DNA of 64,000 bases from Candidatus Doudnabacteria bacterium (GCA_016788825.1 JAEUSD010000002.1:9837-73836); one strand, 5' to 3'. Numbered from the stretch's first letter, positions 18,685 through 28,628 are shown. Translations and numbers: made by a program. Notes: a model not told the origin generated them from the sequence alone.

Positions 18685-19782
18685 ATGCGTACAATTGAAC
18701 TTCATCCACGTATTTTGTTTTATTTCCTTGGCTTGGTGGCATTGCTATGGCTGGGTGCCCAATTGACTGAGGTGTTGGTTATTTTGCTTGTGGCTTTCAT
18801 TATTAATGCAGCTTTTCGTCCAACAGTAGATTTTCTTGAGCGTAAAAGGGTTCCACGGTTTTTGGGTATCGTATTGATGTTCGTGCTTGTGTTTGGGGTG
18901 ATAGGGCTTGTGCTGGCGGTTATCGCTGGTGAGTTGTTGGCGCAGCTGGGAAATTTGATCAACTCTCTGCCCCAGATCTATGGGCGGTTGGCTGAGTTTG
19001 CCAGTGTAAATTTACCTTTTTTGGATGGTGTGTTTAAGTTTGGGTCTCTTCAGTCTGATATCGAAGAATTGGTAAAGAAGCTGAATGAGACAGATTTTAT
19101 ACGTAACATGTTTATTGACCAGGGAATCCCGGCAGTGCAACGAGTATTGGGATTCTTGGGTCGTAGTTTCAGCTTGCTGTTGAGTATTTTCACGACAGTA
19201 ATGATTTCTGTGTATATGTTGTTGAGGCGAGATAAAGTGCAATCGGGCTTAATTGGCTTACTACCTAAGGGGAAGCAAAAGTTTGTGAATGATGTGTTGG
19301 AGAAGGTGGAAACTAGTTTGGGAGCGTGGGTGGTGGGGCAATTGATTTTGATGGTGCTGGTGGGCTTGGCGACATATGTTGTATTGATTGTGCCAAGCCT
19401 GTTCTTTCCTGGCTACGCGTTGGCAGAATTTGCGCTCCCGATTGCACTGATTGCCGGGTTGCTCGAAGCGCTACCCAATTTGGGGCCGTTGGTCGCGATG
19501 GTGATTGCTGCGATAATTGCTTTGGGCAGCGGTGGTTTGGGGGCGGTGATTTATGTGGTGGCGATGTTCTTGTTGATTCAAAATCTAGAGGCGGTGCTGT
19601 TGGTGCCTCAGGTGATGAAAAAGTCTGTTGGTCTAGACCCGATTGTAACAATTTTAGCGATCATTGGAGCGTTTAAAATTGGGGGTGTGTTGGCGGCCTT
19701 GCTGGCTGTGCCTGTCGCTGCAGCCGCCCAGATTATTCTCCAGGCTGTGCTGGCTGAAAAGCGTGAATCTGCTGGCAAATGA
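18685..19782 (+). CDS. AI-2E family transporter (PerM/UPF0118)
   Basis: 365 aa and multi-TM, with the characteristic 'LLPKGKQKFVNDVLEKVETSLGAWVVGQL' segment and a Gly/Ala-rich C-terminal TM core. Confidence 0.8.
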   Translation: MRTIELHPRILFYFLGLVALLWLGAQLTEVLVILLVAFIINAAFRPTVDFLERKRVPRFLGIVLMFVLVFGVIGLVLAVIAGELLAQLGNLINSLPQIYGRLAEFASVNLPFLDGVFKFGSLQSDIEELVKKLNETDFIRNMFIDQGIPAVQRVLGFLGRSFSLLLSIFTTVMISVYMLLRRDKVQSGLIGLLPKGKQKFVNDVLEKVETSLGAWVVGQLILMVLVGLATYVVLIVPSLFFPGYALAEFALPIALIAGLLEALPNLGPLVAMVIAAIIALGSGGLGAVIYVVAMFLLIQNLEAVLLVPQVMKKSVGLDPIVTILAIIGAFKIGGVLAALLAVPVAAAAQIILQAVLAEKRESAGK

Positions 19783-21046
19783 TGTTTTGTAGTTCGATTG
19801 TTTCGGGGTTATCTCCAATATTTGCCAGCTGCTGAAGTTCTGCTACAGGTAGGTTGTATTGCAAGATTATTCTCAAAGTTTGCATAAACATTTGAAAGCT
19901 TGGGCTATCTAGCTCGGCGAGTCTGCTTGGCTCATCGCTAGCGACGAGCACTTGGAATGTGGCTGGGATGAAAGTTAGATACACTTGTAAGCCAGATTGG
20001 GTCTGAAAGGGTTTTGTGATGCTGTTCAGTTGCCAAGACGTGCCTGATTTTGTTTTAGGTGGTTTAGCGGCGGTTCTGGGTTCTTTTTTCGGGGCATCCT
20101 GTGCGGACTCAGGCGTTCCGCGAAGCGGAACGCCTTGATCTGTGGCTTCGACTTGTAGGGCTGATTTAACGTCTCCTGCCGATTGAGGTAGGTTTAGTTC
20201 GGGATGCCATGAGATAGAGTTGCGAATGCCGTTTGTACGGATGATGTTGAGGGAGGCTGCTAACTGGCTAGTTTTATTCCCTATTCTGCTCCCCCACTCT
20301 GTTACAAGTGTGCTCTTTACATTGGTTTTCCCTAAGAACTGGATAGATTCGCTGCTTGTGCGCATTGCCCAGTGTAAGAACTCTAGGATTTGCTCAGGGT
20401 TTGCATCTGGCGTGAACTGAAAGTGAACGGGACGTTCGGCTATCATCTTTTGGGCAGTCTTTTCATCTGAGTACGCACTGATGGTGATGGCAATGTCTGT
20501 GGCGAGCATGGCAATGCGAGCCACATGTCCTATTTCACTATGGAGGCTGGGGTGCAACTTTGCTAGATTTACATTTACAGTGAACGGTTCTGGGGTGCCG
20601 ATCAGCAAAGGGTGGGTATACTTGTCTCTGGTAGGCAAAATATTGTTTGTGTCGGGGTCTATGTAGATGTGGCCGGCAATCGGTTCTTCTCTGAGGTTGT
20701 AAGATTGCCGCAGACCCAGATACTGCCAGTACGGCTTATCAAATTGTAAGATGCCGGACTCTAACATTAGTCCTAACTCATGCCCGAAAGCGACGGAATC
20801 GTTTTTACGATGAAAGTACCCATAACTGTCCGCCCACCAACGCCAGGCATTTATCATTCGACCAATAATCTGCTCCCAATTTGATTCTGTCTCGAGTGAC
20901 TGAGTTTGAGGGGATGTGTAGGTGGCAGCAACTTCGCTGAGGCTGAAAGGATAGTTACCTAAAACTAGATCAGAAGTTGTCTCTGCTAGCAGGGTATCTA
21001 TCTTAAACCCATATTCACCTAGGTGGTTAGATTTCAACATAATCAC
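19733..21046 (-). CDS. Hypothetical protein (437 aa)
   Basis: Long ORF with no recognised motif. Ends convergently overlapping the AI-2E gene by 50 nt. Confidence 0.4.
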   Translation of the reverse strand: MIMLKSNHLGEYGFKIDTLLAETTSDLVLGNYPFSLSEVAATYTSPQTQSLETESNWEQIIGRMINAWRWWADSYGYFHRKNDSVAFGHELGLMLESGILQFDKPYWQYLGLRQSYNLREEPIAGHIYIDPDTNNILPTRDKYTHPLLIGTPEPFTVNVNLAKLHPSLHSEIGHVARIAMLATDIAITISAYSDEKTAQKMIAERPVHFQFTPDANPEQILEFLHWAMRTSSESIQFLGKTNVKSTLVTEWGSRIGNKTSQLAASLNIIRTNGIRNSISWHPELNLPQSAGDVKSALQVEATDQGVPLRGTPESAQDAPKKEPRTAAKPPKTKSGTSWQLNSITKPFQTQSGLQVYLTFIPATFQVLVASDEPSRLAELDSPSFQMFMQTLRIILQYNLPVAELQQLANIGDNPETIELQNIICQQIHAFQPAQPGE

Positions 21047-21271
21047 TTTGGGTAACTAAATTGGGCAGTGATACTAGCTTACCATACAAAGTATCTATGA
21101 TTGAAGTTATGTACAGGAAATCTTGCGGTGAGAGTCCTAGGTCTATAGCATTCTTGACTATATAAGTCTTTGCTGCAAGGGTATGCCACCCTGTTTTGTT
21201 CGTTAGATGCTAGTTCTATTGCTGAGATTTGCTGTGCTAGGCTTGGACCTATTCTCATAAGGTGCATGATA

Positions 21272-21685
21272 CTACACTTCTGCGGTAACGTAACCATGGA
21301 TGATGATATCTAAAGCTCTCTGTGTGAGTTTTATCAGCTCTGTTTTCCTCTCTGAATCCTGAAGTGTGGATTCGCAGTAGGTAAGCAGTAGCTCAAGTAG
21401 AGTTTTGGCGTCTCTCAGAGACCTAATTTCCTTTCTGTCTTCAAGTTTTTGGATTGAGGCTAAAGCGAGTCCATGTTGGAGTGCGTAGGTAATCTGTTTT
21501 TGCCAGGTCGTGTTGAACTGAAAATAGGTCTCTAGCACTGGTATTTCTCGGCATAGGAAGCGTATGGATTCTATAAGTCTTTCCCAAGGTTGGGCTGAAG
21601 TTTGGATGTGGACATAGATGTCTTTCAGACGTGTTTCCACATCCTCCACGACATGAATTGATGCCTCTGCTATTGCTAAGCTCAT
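21272..21685 (-). CDS. Hypothetical all-alpha protein with HEPN-like Rx6H motif
   Basis: 137 aa, predicted helical, with 'RALDIIIHGY' near the C-terminus. Fits the HEPN Rx4-6H pattern. Confidence 0.35.
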   Translation of the reverse strand: MSLAIAEASIHVVEDVETRLKDIYVHIQTSAQPWERLIESIRFLCREIPVLETYFQFNTTWQKQITYALQHGLALASIQKLEDRKEIRSLRDAKTLLELLLTYCESTLQDSERKTELIKLTQRALDIIIHGYVTAEV

Positions 21686-21799
21686 AAAGGTCGCAGCTTC
21701 GCTTCAGGAAAGCATAGCACTTAAATGTAATGAACGGAATAATAAATCCGCCCCCCTGTGCGGGGGCGGATTAGAGACAACCAAACCTAATACAAATCT

Positions 21800-23863
21800 T
21801 TATACAACCTCACACTTGTCTCCTACACAAGCAAGTTCCTTTGCTCCTTTGGTCTCATCATCGTATTCAAAAAGTACCAGGTTGGAGAAATCAATTTCTG
21901 GAAGCTTGCTAGCTAGCTCCATATATTTTTCTTTTGAGATTTCTTCGTAGGGTGCCAATTCATACTTATGGTCGCTTCGGGGTAAGAATGAAAGTCCTCC
22001 AATGATATCCCAATTTGTGTATACCCAGTTTGCTACCTCTAGCCATTCGTCATCCCCTACAGAGATCGTGACAGAAGGGTTATGCTCGGTAAAATTTTGT
22101 TTATATATTTTCCACAACTCTAGTTGCTCAATTGCGGACTGATCGTTTTTAAATGTAGCTCCGTCAGGGGATTTTATGGGAAATTCCAGCACAAAGGTGG
22201 TGGCTGTTTCCATACTCTGGCCAACTTCTGGGCTGTAAGGTATCCCTTGCTGTTTAAGCATCATAAAGATTGGGTCTGTAGCTGACACACGTACTCTGCG
22301 GATGTAGTATGGTGCATGGCGAGGGTGTAGGCCAGATGCACAATCTAGCAATTGTGAGCTGTTACCGGATGGCTTTACGCATGTTACGCAGGTTGATGAG
22401 TTTACGCCGAATCTTTGTGCATATTCTTTGTTCACCTCGATGGAGTAATCACGCATCTTGCGTAAGACTTTTTCGTTTCTCACAAGTGGGCTTCCCCAGG
22501 TGTCCGTAACTGATACCCCTAGCAAGCGTTCCTCTTCGCAATGTTCTTTCCATTCTTTGGATAAGAATGGAAAGTATGTCAAGGTTGACTGATAGGTTCC
22601 TAGAATGGTTGCTACGCGGATTTTTTGCATAATATCATCCTCAGTGTCGTCTTCGCGAGGAACAATGCTGGTTAAGTTACAGAACTGTTTATTCTTTAAT
22701 ACAATTTCTCCACAAGGGTTGGTTCCTGAAGTGGCAAAATCTTTCTTAAACACTTCCCAGCGGCGAGCGGGTAATTGTGCCTGCAAGCTGCCTCTGTTGA
22801 ATATCCCCCGCTCGCCTGTCCCGCTCTTTGCTAAAGCCAACCACTCAGTCAAGAACTCAGTTGAAGAAGGCTTCTCGTTGTAAACGGCTGAGTTGTTCGA
22901 CAGAGATCTCTGGGGTTCGGTATTCCAGAATTGGCCTTGTTTGGCATCGCGTAGTTGTTCGTCGTGTAGATCAGAAAGCGAAATCATTGCGCTGCGGCGT
23001 ACACCACCTGCTACAACGATCTCTCCGATCTTACAGCATATATCATGCACATCTAAAGTGCTTAGTTTGCGGTCTTGTCTGGATAATATCTTCTCACGAG
23101 TAAAATCGATCAGTTCTCGCAATGGTTGAGGTCCTGAGCTTCGGCCTCCCATTGTCTTTAGTCTTGCCCCGGCTGGGCGCAATTGAGAATAGTCATACTC
23201 GTAATCTTCTCCTGCAAACCATGCTTTAACTCCGTCAACAAAAGCTGTAGCCCAGCCTTCCTTACTATCTTCTATCACATATTTCTTAGCTTTGGCTTTC
23301 TTTTGCTTTTCTATTTTTGGGAATAAGTCGACTGTTTGTTCTTCTACTGAGAATCCTACCCCGCAGCCACACATAGAAATGTACATGATCTCCCCAAAGT
23401 CTTCTACTTTGCTAGGTGCGATAAATGAGCAGTTGTAGGCGGCTACGTTGGTTGCTCTAGCTGCCTTGCCAGCACTCCACATTAACCGCATAGAAGGCAC
23501 AACTTTTTGCTCAAGCATGAACTGCCTGACTTCTGAATATTCCTCTTCCTTCAGCTTTTCCCCGAGGTTTTCACGCATAAAGTCGATATAACGATCGATG
23601 GTCTCGATCCATGTTTCACGACGACCTTCGGTTTCTAGCCAACGCGAATAGCTCGTGTAGTATACAAATTCAGCAAGTGGGTTACGGAAATATTTTTTGC
23701 TTTCTCTTACAGATCTGACAAACTCTGGGTCTACGGCTGGAGTACTTGGTGTTGCAAGATCGACGAAAGTATTTACAATCACTTGGTCGACCAATTCTGG
23801 AGTGTTTTTGTCTAGTATCTCTACTGAGACTTCCCTATTTCGACTTTGTTGTCTTTTAGGCAT
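21800..23863 (-). CDS. nrdJ: Ribonucleotide reductase, class II (adenosylcobalamin-dependent)
   Basis: 687 aa. 'AAYNCSF', 'SMCGCGVGFSV' and 'NPCGEI' active-site Cys motifs typical of class II RNR. Located 24 nt downstream of nrdR. Confidence 0.85.
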   Translation of the reverse strand: MPKRQQSRNREVSVEILDKNTPELVDQVIVNTFVDLATPSTPAVDPEFVRSVRESKKYFRNPLAEFVYYTSYSRWLETEGRRETWIETIDRYIDFMRENLGEKLKEEEYSEVRQFMLEQKVVPSMRLMWSAGKAARATNVAAYNCSFIAPSKVEDFGEIMYISMCGCGVGFSVEEQTVDLFPKIEKQKKAKAKKYVIEDSKEGWATAFVDGVKAWFAGEDYEYDYSQLRPAGARLKTMGGRSSGPQPLRELIDFTREKILSRQDRKLSTLDVHDICCKIGEIVVAGGVRRSAMISLSDLHDEQLRDAKQGQFWNTEPQRSLSNNSAVYNEKPSSTEFLTEWLALAKSGTGERGIFNRGSLQAQLPARRWEVFKKDFATSGTNPCGEIVLKNKQFCNLTSIVPREDDTEDDIMQKIRVATILGTYQSTLTYFPFLSKEWKEHCEEERLLGVSVTDTWGSPLVRNEKVLRKMRDYSIEVNKEYAQRFGVNSSTCVTCVKPSGNSSQLLDCASGLHPRHAPYYIRRVRVSATDPIFMMLKQQGIPYSPEVGQSMETATTFVLEFPIKSPDGATFKNDQSAIEQLELWKIYKQNFTEHNPSVTISVGDDEWLEVANWVYTNWDIIGGLSFLPRSDHKYELAPYEEISKEKYMELASKLPEIDFSNLVLFEYDDETKGAKELACVGDKCEVV

Positions 23864-23887
23864 AGTTAAAAGGATTAAGAAATAAAG

Positions 23888-24349
23888 TTACTCTTTGTAT
23901 TCTTTTTCTAAACTCTTAATTGCTTTCTTAAAATCGTCGATGGTTTGAAAGTCGCGATATACGGATGCGAAAAGTAGGTAGCCAACATCGTCGATTTGTT
24001 TCAAACCTTCTAGTACCATCTCCCCGATCTCTTGAGCTTTAATTTCGGTTGACTCGTGGTTGAGTAATGTTTGCTCAATGTTTTGGACCAGCTCCTCTAT
24101 TTGAGCATCGGGGAGTTGGCGCTTCTTCACTGCCCGCATGATTCCGCGTTTCAATTTTTCACGATCAAACTCTTCGATCTTTCCGCTGCGTTTAATAACG
24201 TACAAGTTGATGGTTTCAATTCGCTCGTAGGTGGTGAATCTTTTGCCGCACTCTTCGCACTCACGGCGACGGCGTGTGACGCCTTCTTCGTTGTTGTCTC
24301 TTTTGTCGACTACTTTTGTGTTGTTCTTTTGGCAGTATGGACAGACCAT
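23888..24349 (-). CDS. nrdR: Transcriptional repressor NrdR
   Basis: 153 aa. N-terminal zinc ribbon 'CPYCQ...CEECG' followed by an ATP-cone ('VIKRSGKIEEFDREKL...'). Confidence 0.9.
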   Translation of the reverse strand: MVCPYCQKNNTKVVDKRDNNEEGVTRRRRECEECGKRFTTYERIETINLYVIKRSGKIEEFDREKLKRGIMRAVKKRQLPDAQIEELVQNIEQTLLNHESTEIKAQEIGEMVLEGLKQIDDVGYLLFASVYRDFQTIDDFKKAIKSLEKEYKE

Positions 24350-24616
24350 GGTGCAAAAAAAGGATCAAAAAAATAAGCCTGTGGCTTGTATTTTGGTCCA
24401 CTTCAGTTCCTGAAAGTGGTTCTAATTATTTTAGCCGTTTATATTTCTTACTCGAAATTTCTGATTTGTAAGCACGGCAAGATATTCTTACCTCGAACTT
24501 TGCAATTTATACAACTGGTTGTGGTATATACATAGGTTACCCCCAACAACTTGTGGTGTCAAGTATTGTGTGAATACAATTTGTTTGGTATTTTGTTGGT
24601 CTCTCGGTTTATATAT

Positions 24617-25690
24617 ATGATTTCTAGAAACTCAAAAATCGAAAATAACCTTAGGAGTCATGCTCCCCTGACTGCTGGCGAAGAGGCGAACTTAATGCGT
24701 ATTGTTGCTAACTACGAACTACCTGAAGCAGAAAGAGCTGAAGCAAAGCATAGTCTTATCCTTTGTAATCTAGATTGGGTGTGGTCGTATGCAAGGTTGG
24801 CAGTTGTGAGAAGACACCAATCTTCTGGAATAACTCACCAAGTTGAAGATCTAGTTCAGGAAATACTTTTGAAAATTTATCAAAGTATGGATAACCTAAA
24901 ACCGGATGAGTTTTTGGGTGGTAGTGGGGAGCCAGTTAGGTTCGCGACATATGTACGAAGAATTGCCCAAACGGCTGTGACGAGGTACTTTCTTCTGTTT
25001 GACGGTGATTTTCGTGTCACTGGGGAATTCAAAAATACTTGGAGGGTTGCATTTGAGCTTGGTACTAAAGATCCATATGAAGTTGCTTTTCAGAAGTGGC
25101 AGGTCAAGTATGGGGTTGATTTTGATCAAGCAGAGCAAAGGGTATTTGTTGATTTTTTGAGATTAAATACGTACATGACAACCTATTACTCTGAAGGAAT
25201 GCTTAATTCATACTTAAGGATGAAGGGGTCACCGGAAATGCTATTTTCTTTCGACTCAAAGACAATAGCGTTGTTTGAGTACGCGCTAGATCTCAGAGAG
25301 TCGGTCAACCAAATAATTAAGAAGTATTGTATCCCAAAGTCACTTTTTAATTCCCTGTCATTGTTTGTTTTTAACACAAGGATGGTGATGTCTACCCCAA
25401 TCGCTGTAGATCCGCAAGTGGTCAATAATGCTTACTACACTACTCTTGCACCTGTTGGCTGGGATGTTGTTGGAGATGGAGCCTTGTCGATTGAAGCTAT
25501 TAAGGCAGCTCTATCTGAGCCAGATCATTTGGATAAACAGCTTTATGAAATTCTAGTCGATTTCGTTATTTACGAAGAGTCTTTAGAAACAATGGCAACT
25601 AAGTATAGAATTAGTAGGTCTGGTGTATTTGCTAGGTACCAAAAAGCTATTAAGATCATAAGGGACAAAATGAGTACAACAGAGGTTTGA
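24617..25690 (+). CDS. Sigma-70 family RNA polymerase sigma factor-like protein with large internal insertion
   Basis: Region-2-like 'HSLILCNLDWVWSYARLAVVRR...VEDLVQEILLKIYQSMDNL'. Region 4.2 HTH-like 'ESLETMATKYRISRSGVFARYQKAIKIIRDKM' at the C-terminus. About 150 aa of unassigned sequence lies between them. Start taken at 24617 (MISRNSK) because the longer ORF start carries an odd hydrophobic leader. Confidence 0.55.
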   Translation: MISRNSKIENNLRSHAPLTAGEEANLMRIVANYELPEAERAEAKHSLILCNLDWVWSYARLAVVRRHQSSGITHQVEDLVQEILLKIYQSMDNLKPDEFLGGSGEPVRFATYVRRIAQTAVTRYFLLFDGDFRVTGEFKNTWRVAFELGTKDPYEVAFQKWQVKYGVDFDQAEQRVFVDFLRLNTYMTTYYSEGMLNSYLRMKGSPEMLFSFDSKTIALFEYALDLRESVNQIIKKYCIPKSLFNSLSLFVFNTRMVMSTPIAVDPQVVNNAYYTTLAPVGWDVVGDGALSIEAIKAALSEPDHLDKQLYEILVDFVIYEESLETMATKYRISRSGVFARYQKAIKIIRDKMSTTEV

Positions 25691-26655
25691 TTCACAGATC
25701 CTGCTCTACTCTGTTAGTATATCCTATGTCCCAAGTTAAGTCTGCAAAAGATATTCTGCTGTCCCACGATTATTTAGAGGCGCGTGAAAAGGCCCAGCGC
25801 TACGTGCGGCACGAGTTTCAAGACTATGCTTATCGTCTAGCAAGTGACTTGGGCGATCTACCGCATAGGCATATCTACATGCGGTTGGCAAAGACGGTAG
25901 ATCGCACGATGTTGGAGCAAGCGGCGGCATTCGCACTGGGATACTTCGATGAGCCAAATAAAGGCAAGTTATTTATGTGGAAGTTATCCCAGCTGCGGGA
26001 TGATCTTGCTACTCGACATAAACTGAAGAATTTTGAGCACGACTTTGTGATTCAGGAAACGGGGAGGTTTATGGACCAGGTCTTCTCAGCGATTGAGCAA
26101 AAGTACCTAGCAGAACAGAAATTGAAAACGGATTTTATTTCCACACTACCGAAAGACAAAGAAATTCGTCGTGCATTCTGGTGGGGTACGGGCCTAGGTT
26201 GGGAGGCGAAACTTTTTTCAGATAAGGGGGTCAAGTTCCGCGGTGTGGATATCTCCCGCAAGTTGGTCCAAGCAGCAAAGACATTACACGGCGAGGCGGC
26301 CAAAATTGTGTGGCAGCCCAAATGGTTAAAACTAAAAGAGTCTGGACCCAAGGTGGACCTAATTTGGGCTGCCAGGTGGCATGCAATTCCTTTGGAGTCA
26401 GAAGAAGCATATTTGCAGAAATTCAAACGAATATCCAACCCCTCTGCCTTGATTGTGTTTGAGGCTAATGTAGGTGATGCTGTTTCGCAGCGCTGGGTGG
26501 AGATACCGACAACCGGTGAAAACAAACTATACAGTTTCGAGAAACTAAATAAGCTAGATACACTGTGTCAACTTTGTATAGATAACGGTCTAAAAGTATT
26601 GGAGATATTGGATTTGAACCCGCAGAAGTCTCTGATATTGTGTGAGCTAACCTGA
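25687..26655 (+). CDS. Class I SAM-dependent methyltransferase-like protein with roughly 150-aa N-terminal extension
   Basis: Motif I-like 'AFWWGTGLGWEAKLFSDKGVKFRGVDIS' and motif II-like 'VDLIWAARWHAIPL'. 4-nt overlap with the sigma-like gene. Confidence 0.5.
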   Translation: MIHRSCSTLLVYPMSQVKSAKDILLSHDYLEAREKAQRYVRHEFQDYAYRLASDLGDLPHRHIYMRLAKTVDRTMLEQAAAFALGYFDEPNKGKLFMWKLSQLRDDLATRHKLKNFEHDFVIQETGRFMDQVFSAIEQKYLAEQKLKTDFISTLPKDKEIRRAFWWGTGLGWEAKLFSDKGVKFRGVDISRKLVQAAKTLHGEAAKIVWQPKWLKLKESGPKVDLIWAARWHAIPLESEEAYLQKFKRISNPSALIVFEANVGDAVSQRWVEIPTTGENKLYSFEKLNKLDTLCQLCIDNGLKVLEILDLNPQKSLILCELT

Positions 26656-26845
26656 GATAGCGAAGTAGATAATCAAGACTACCCCGACTGCGAAAACCGC
26701 TATGCCGCAGCCTGATAGAATTTGTTGTGGTTTTGATAGTTTAAACTTTCCCATCTGGAGTAATATAGATAAGTTTGCGCTACAAGTCCAGTGACAGAGA
26801 TATCTTCTTTGGGTAAACTGATGCAGTATATATCCTGTTATAGCA

Positions 26846-28570
26846 GTGGAAATAAAAACACATAGAGTAAAAATATTGGCGGGTACGGCGTTGGTACTCT
26901 TTCTGATTCTGATCTCTCTCGTGGTGTATGTTCTGGTCAACCCTAGCGTGCCGGATGAAGGAGTCGCAGATGTACCTTACACTGCAGTCGATGATGGTAA
27001 ATGTGTGATCGGCTGGGTAAATGCAAATAGCCGTATTACCCTCTCCTCTCTTGGCTTTACGCCGTATCAAACGGTTACTCAAGTGTTGCCTCCCGGCTAC
27101 CAGATAAAATCTTTTGATTTAGATGCGGGAGGGCAATTAACTGGGGAAGCGATTTCCGATATCGACATTATTATCTTTACTGATGAGAGCGATCTCGGAA
27201 ATCGCGCCAATAATTTCCGGATCACCCAGCCCACTTTGGATGTGATCAGGAATGCTTTTAACTCCGGGCTGGGTGTAGTGGTCACGTCCGGAAATGGCGG
27301 CCGTGCAGGCACGGCCGATTTCGCTGCCAATTTATCGCTGGATGTAGTCAATTATTTGCAAAACACGATTCTATATCAGGATACAAATCTACAGGCTCAA
27401 CAGATTCAAGCATTAACTTCTAGTAGTTTCAGTTTCCTCAATGCGTGGCGCGTGGATACAAGAGGGAGTAAATACAGTTACACGGGTAATGTTACTGTCT
27501 CCAGTCCGGCTGTATGTGCGGCATCTGTTGGTTACGGGAGTGGGCAGACATGTGTTCTCTCTTACCTTCCTCCTGCTGGTAATCGGGGTTTTTTGTTGGT
27601 GGACTCGCATAAAGGGTTTATTTTTGATCAGATACAAAATGCGTATAGAACAAATCCAGCTGTGTTGATAGATTTCCCGTTTCCTAATTGTAGTCCTACC
27701 AGTAGTTCGTCTTCTTCTAGTACAACTTCGTCTTCGGTTTCAACATCAAGTTCAAGCAGTTCAACCACCACTACAACTTCTCCGACGATTGAAGATTATG
27801 ATATCGGATTGACTCTCCAAGCTACTGTGTCTAGTCAAACGGCAACAGAGGGAGTAATCGAATACACTGCTACAGTAATGAATAATTCCACGATTTTGGC
27901 TGCGGAAGACGTGATCTTGCAAGGGACTTTCCCGAGCTTCGTCACATCTGGACAAGTGACAAATCTGTCCACTTATTCGATGGCCGAGGTGAACGCGAAC
28001 CTTATAAATTGGTCTATTGGGACATTAAGTCCTGGGGAATCTGTTCAAGTGAGGTACAGTTTGACTGTGCTGGCTGCGAACTTTGGGACTATCCCGGGGC
28101 TAGCTGCGGCTTTTGTTGATCTGAATGCAAATGGTGTCCCCAATGACAACGAAAAAGCTGTCGAAGCTAGTGCCCCCGCGCAGCTAGCCCCGCAGCAAAG
28201 TACTAGCACATCTACATCCACCTCATCGACTACAACTACCACCACTAGCACGACAACGATCACATCCACATCGAGTTCGGCCTCTACCACTAGCTCGACC
28301 TCGACTAGTTCGTCTAGTGCGACGGTAGCTTCTACTACTACGACAAGTGGTGCTTTGCCTGATACTGCATTGTTCGACGAGCAATGGTTCTGGCTTATTG
28401 TTGGGCTGGGCTTTATTTCGCTTGGTCTTTACGTTTACCTCGCCCAGCAGCCCCTCCTCAACAGGCTGGATACTGTTTTGTTCTCTCCTTTGTGGGATCG
28501 AATGCAGGATGTGACGCGTTCTCCGGAGGATCGGGAGTTTGCCAAGAAATTGCGTAATCGGCGAAAGTAA
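26846..28570 (+). CDS. Secreted Ser/Thr-rich DUF11-domain surface protein with C-terminal LPDTA-TM-basic sorting-like signal
   Basis: 574 aa with an N-terminal signal anchor and poly-Ser/Thr linkers. DUF11-like block 'EGVIEYTATVMNNSTILAAEDVILQGTFPSFVTSG'. C-terminus 'GALPDTALFDEQWFWLIVGLGFISLGLYVYLA...KKLRNRRK'. Confidence 0.55.
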   Translation: MEIKTHRVKILAGTALVLFLILISLVVYVLVNPSVPDEGVADVPYTAVDDGKCVIGWVNANSRITLSSLGFTPYQTVTQVLPPGYQIKSFDLDAGGQLTGEAISDIDIIIFTDESDLGNRANNFRITQPTLDVIRNAFNSGLGVVVTSGNGGRAGTADFAANLSLDVVNYLQNTILYQDTNLQAQQIQALTSSSFSFLNAWRVDTRGSKYSYTGNVTVSSPAVCAASVGYGSGQTCVLSYLPPAGNRGFLLVDSHKGFIFDQIQNAYRTNPAVLIDFPFPNCSPTSSSSSSSTTSSSVSTSSSSSSTTTTTSPTIEDYDIGLTLQATVSSQTATEGVIEYTATVMNNSTILAAEDVILQGTFPSFVTSGQVTNLSTYSMAEVNANLINWSIGTLSPGESVQVRYSLTVLAANFGTIPGLAAAFVDLNANGVPNDNEKAVEASAPAQLAPQQSTSTSTSTSSTTTTTTSTTTITSTSSSASTTSSTSTSSSSATVASTTTTSGALPDTALFDEQWFWLIVGLGFISLGLYVYLAQQPLLNRLDTVLFSPLWDRMQDVTRSPEDREFAKKLRNRRK

Positions 28571-28628
28571 GTTTACTAAATGTGGTTTTACTAGCTATAA
28601 TTACCCACTCTGTTGAGGTTGAACGTAC

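Noticed and set aside
24350-24616. NrdR box upstream of nrdR
   Set aside because: Only about 10/16 matches to the consensus (CAACAACTTGTGGTGT). This is too weak to annotate as a regulatory site without a PWM scan.
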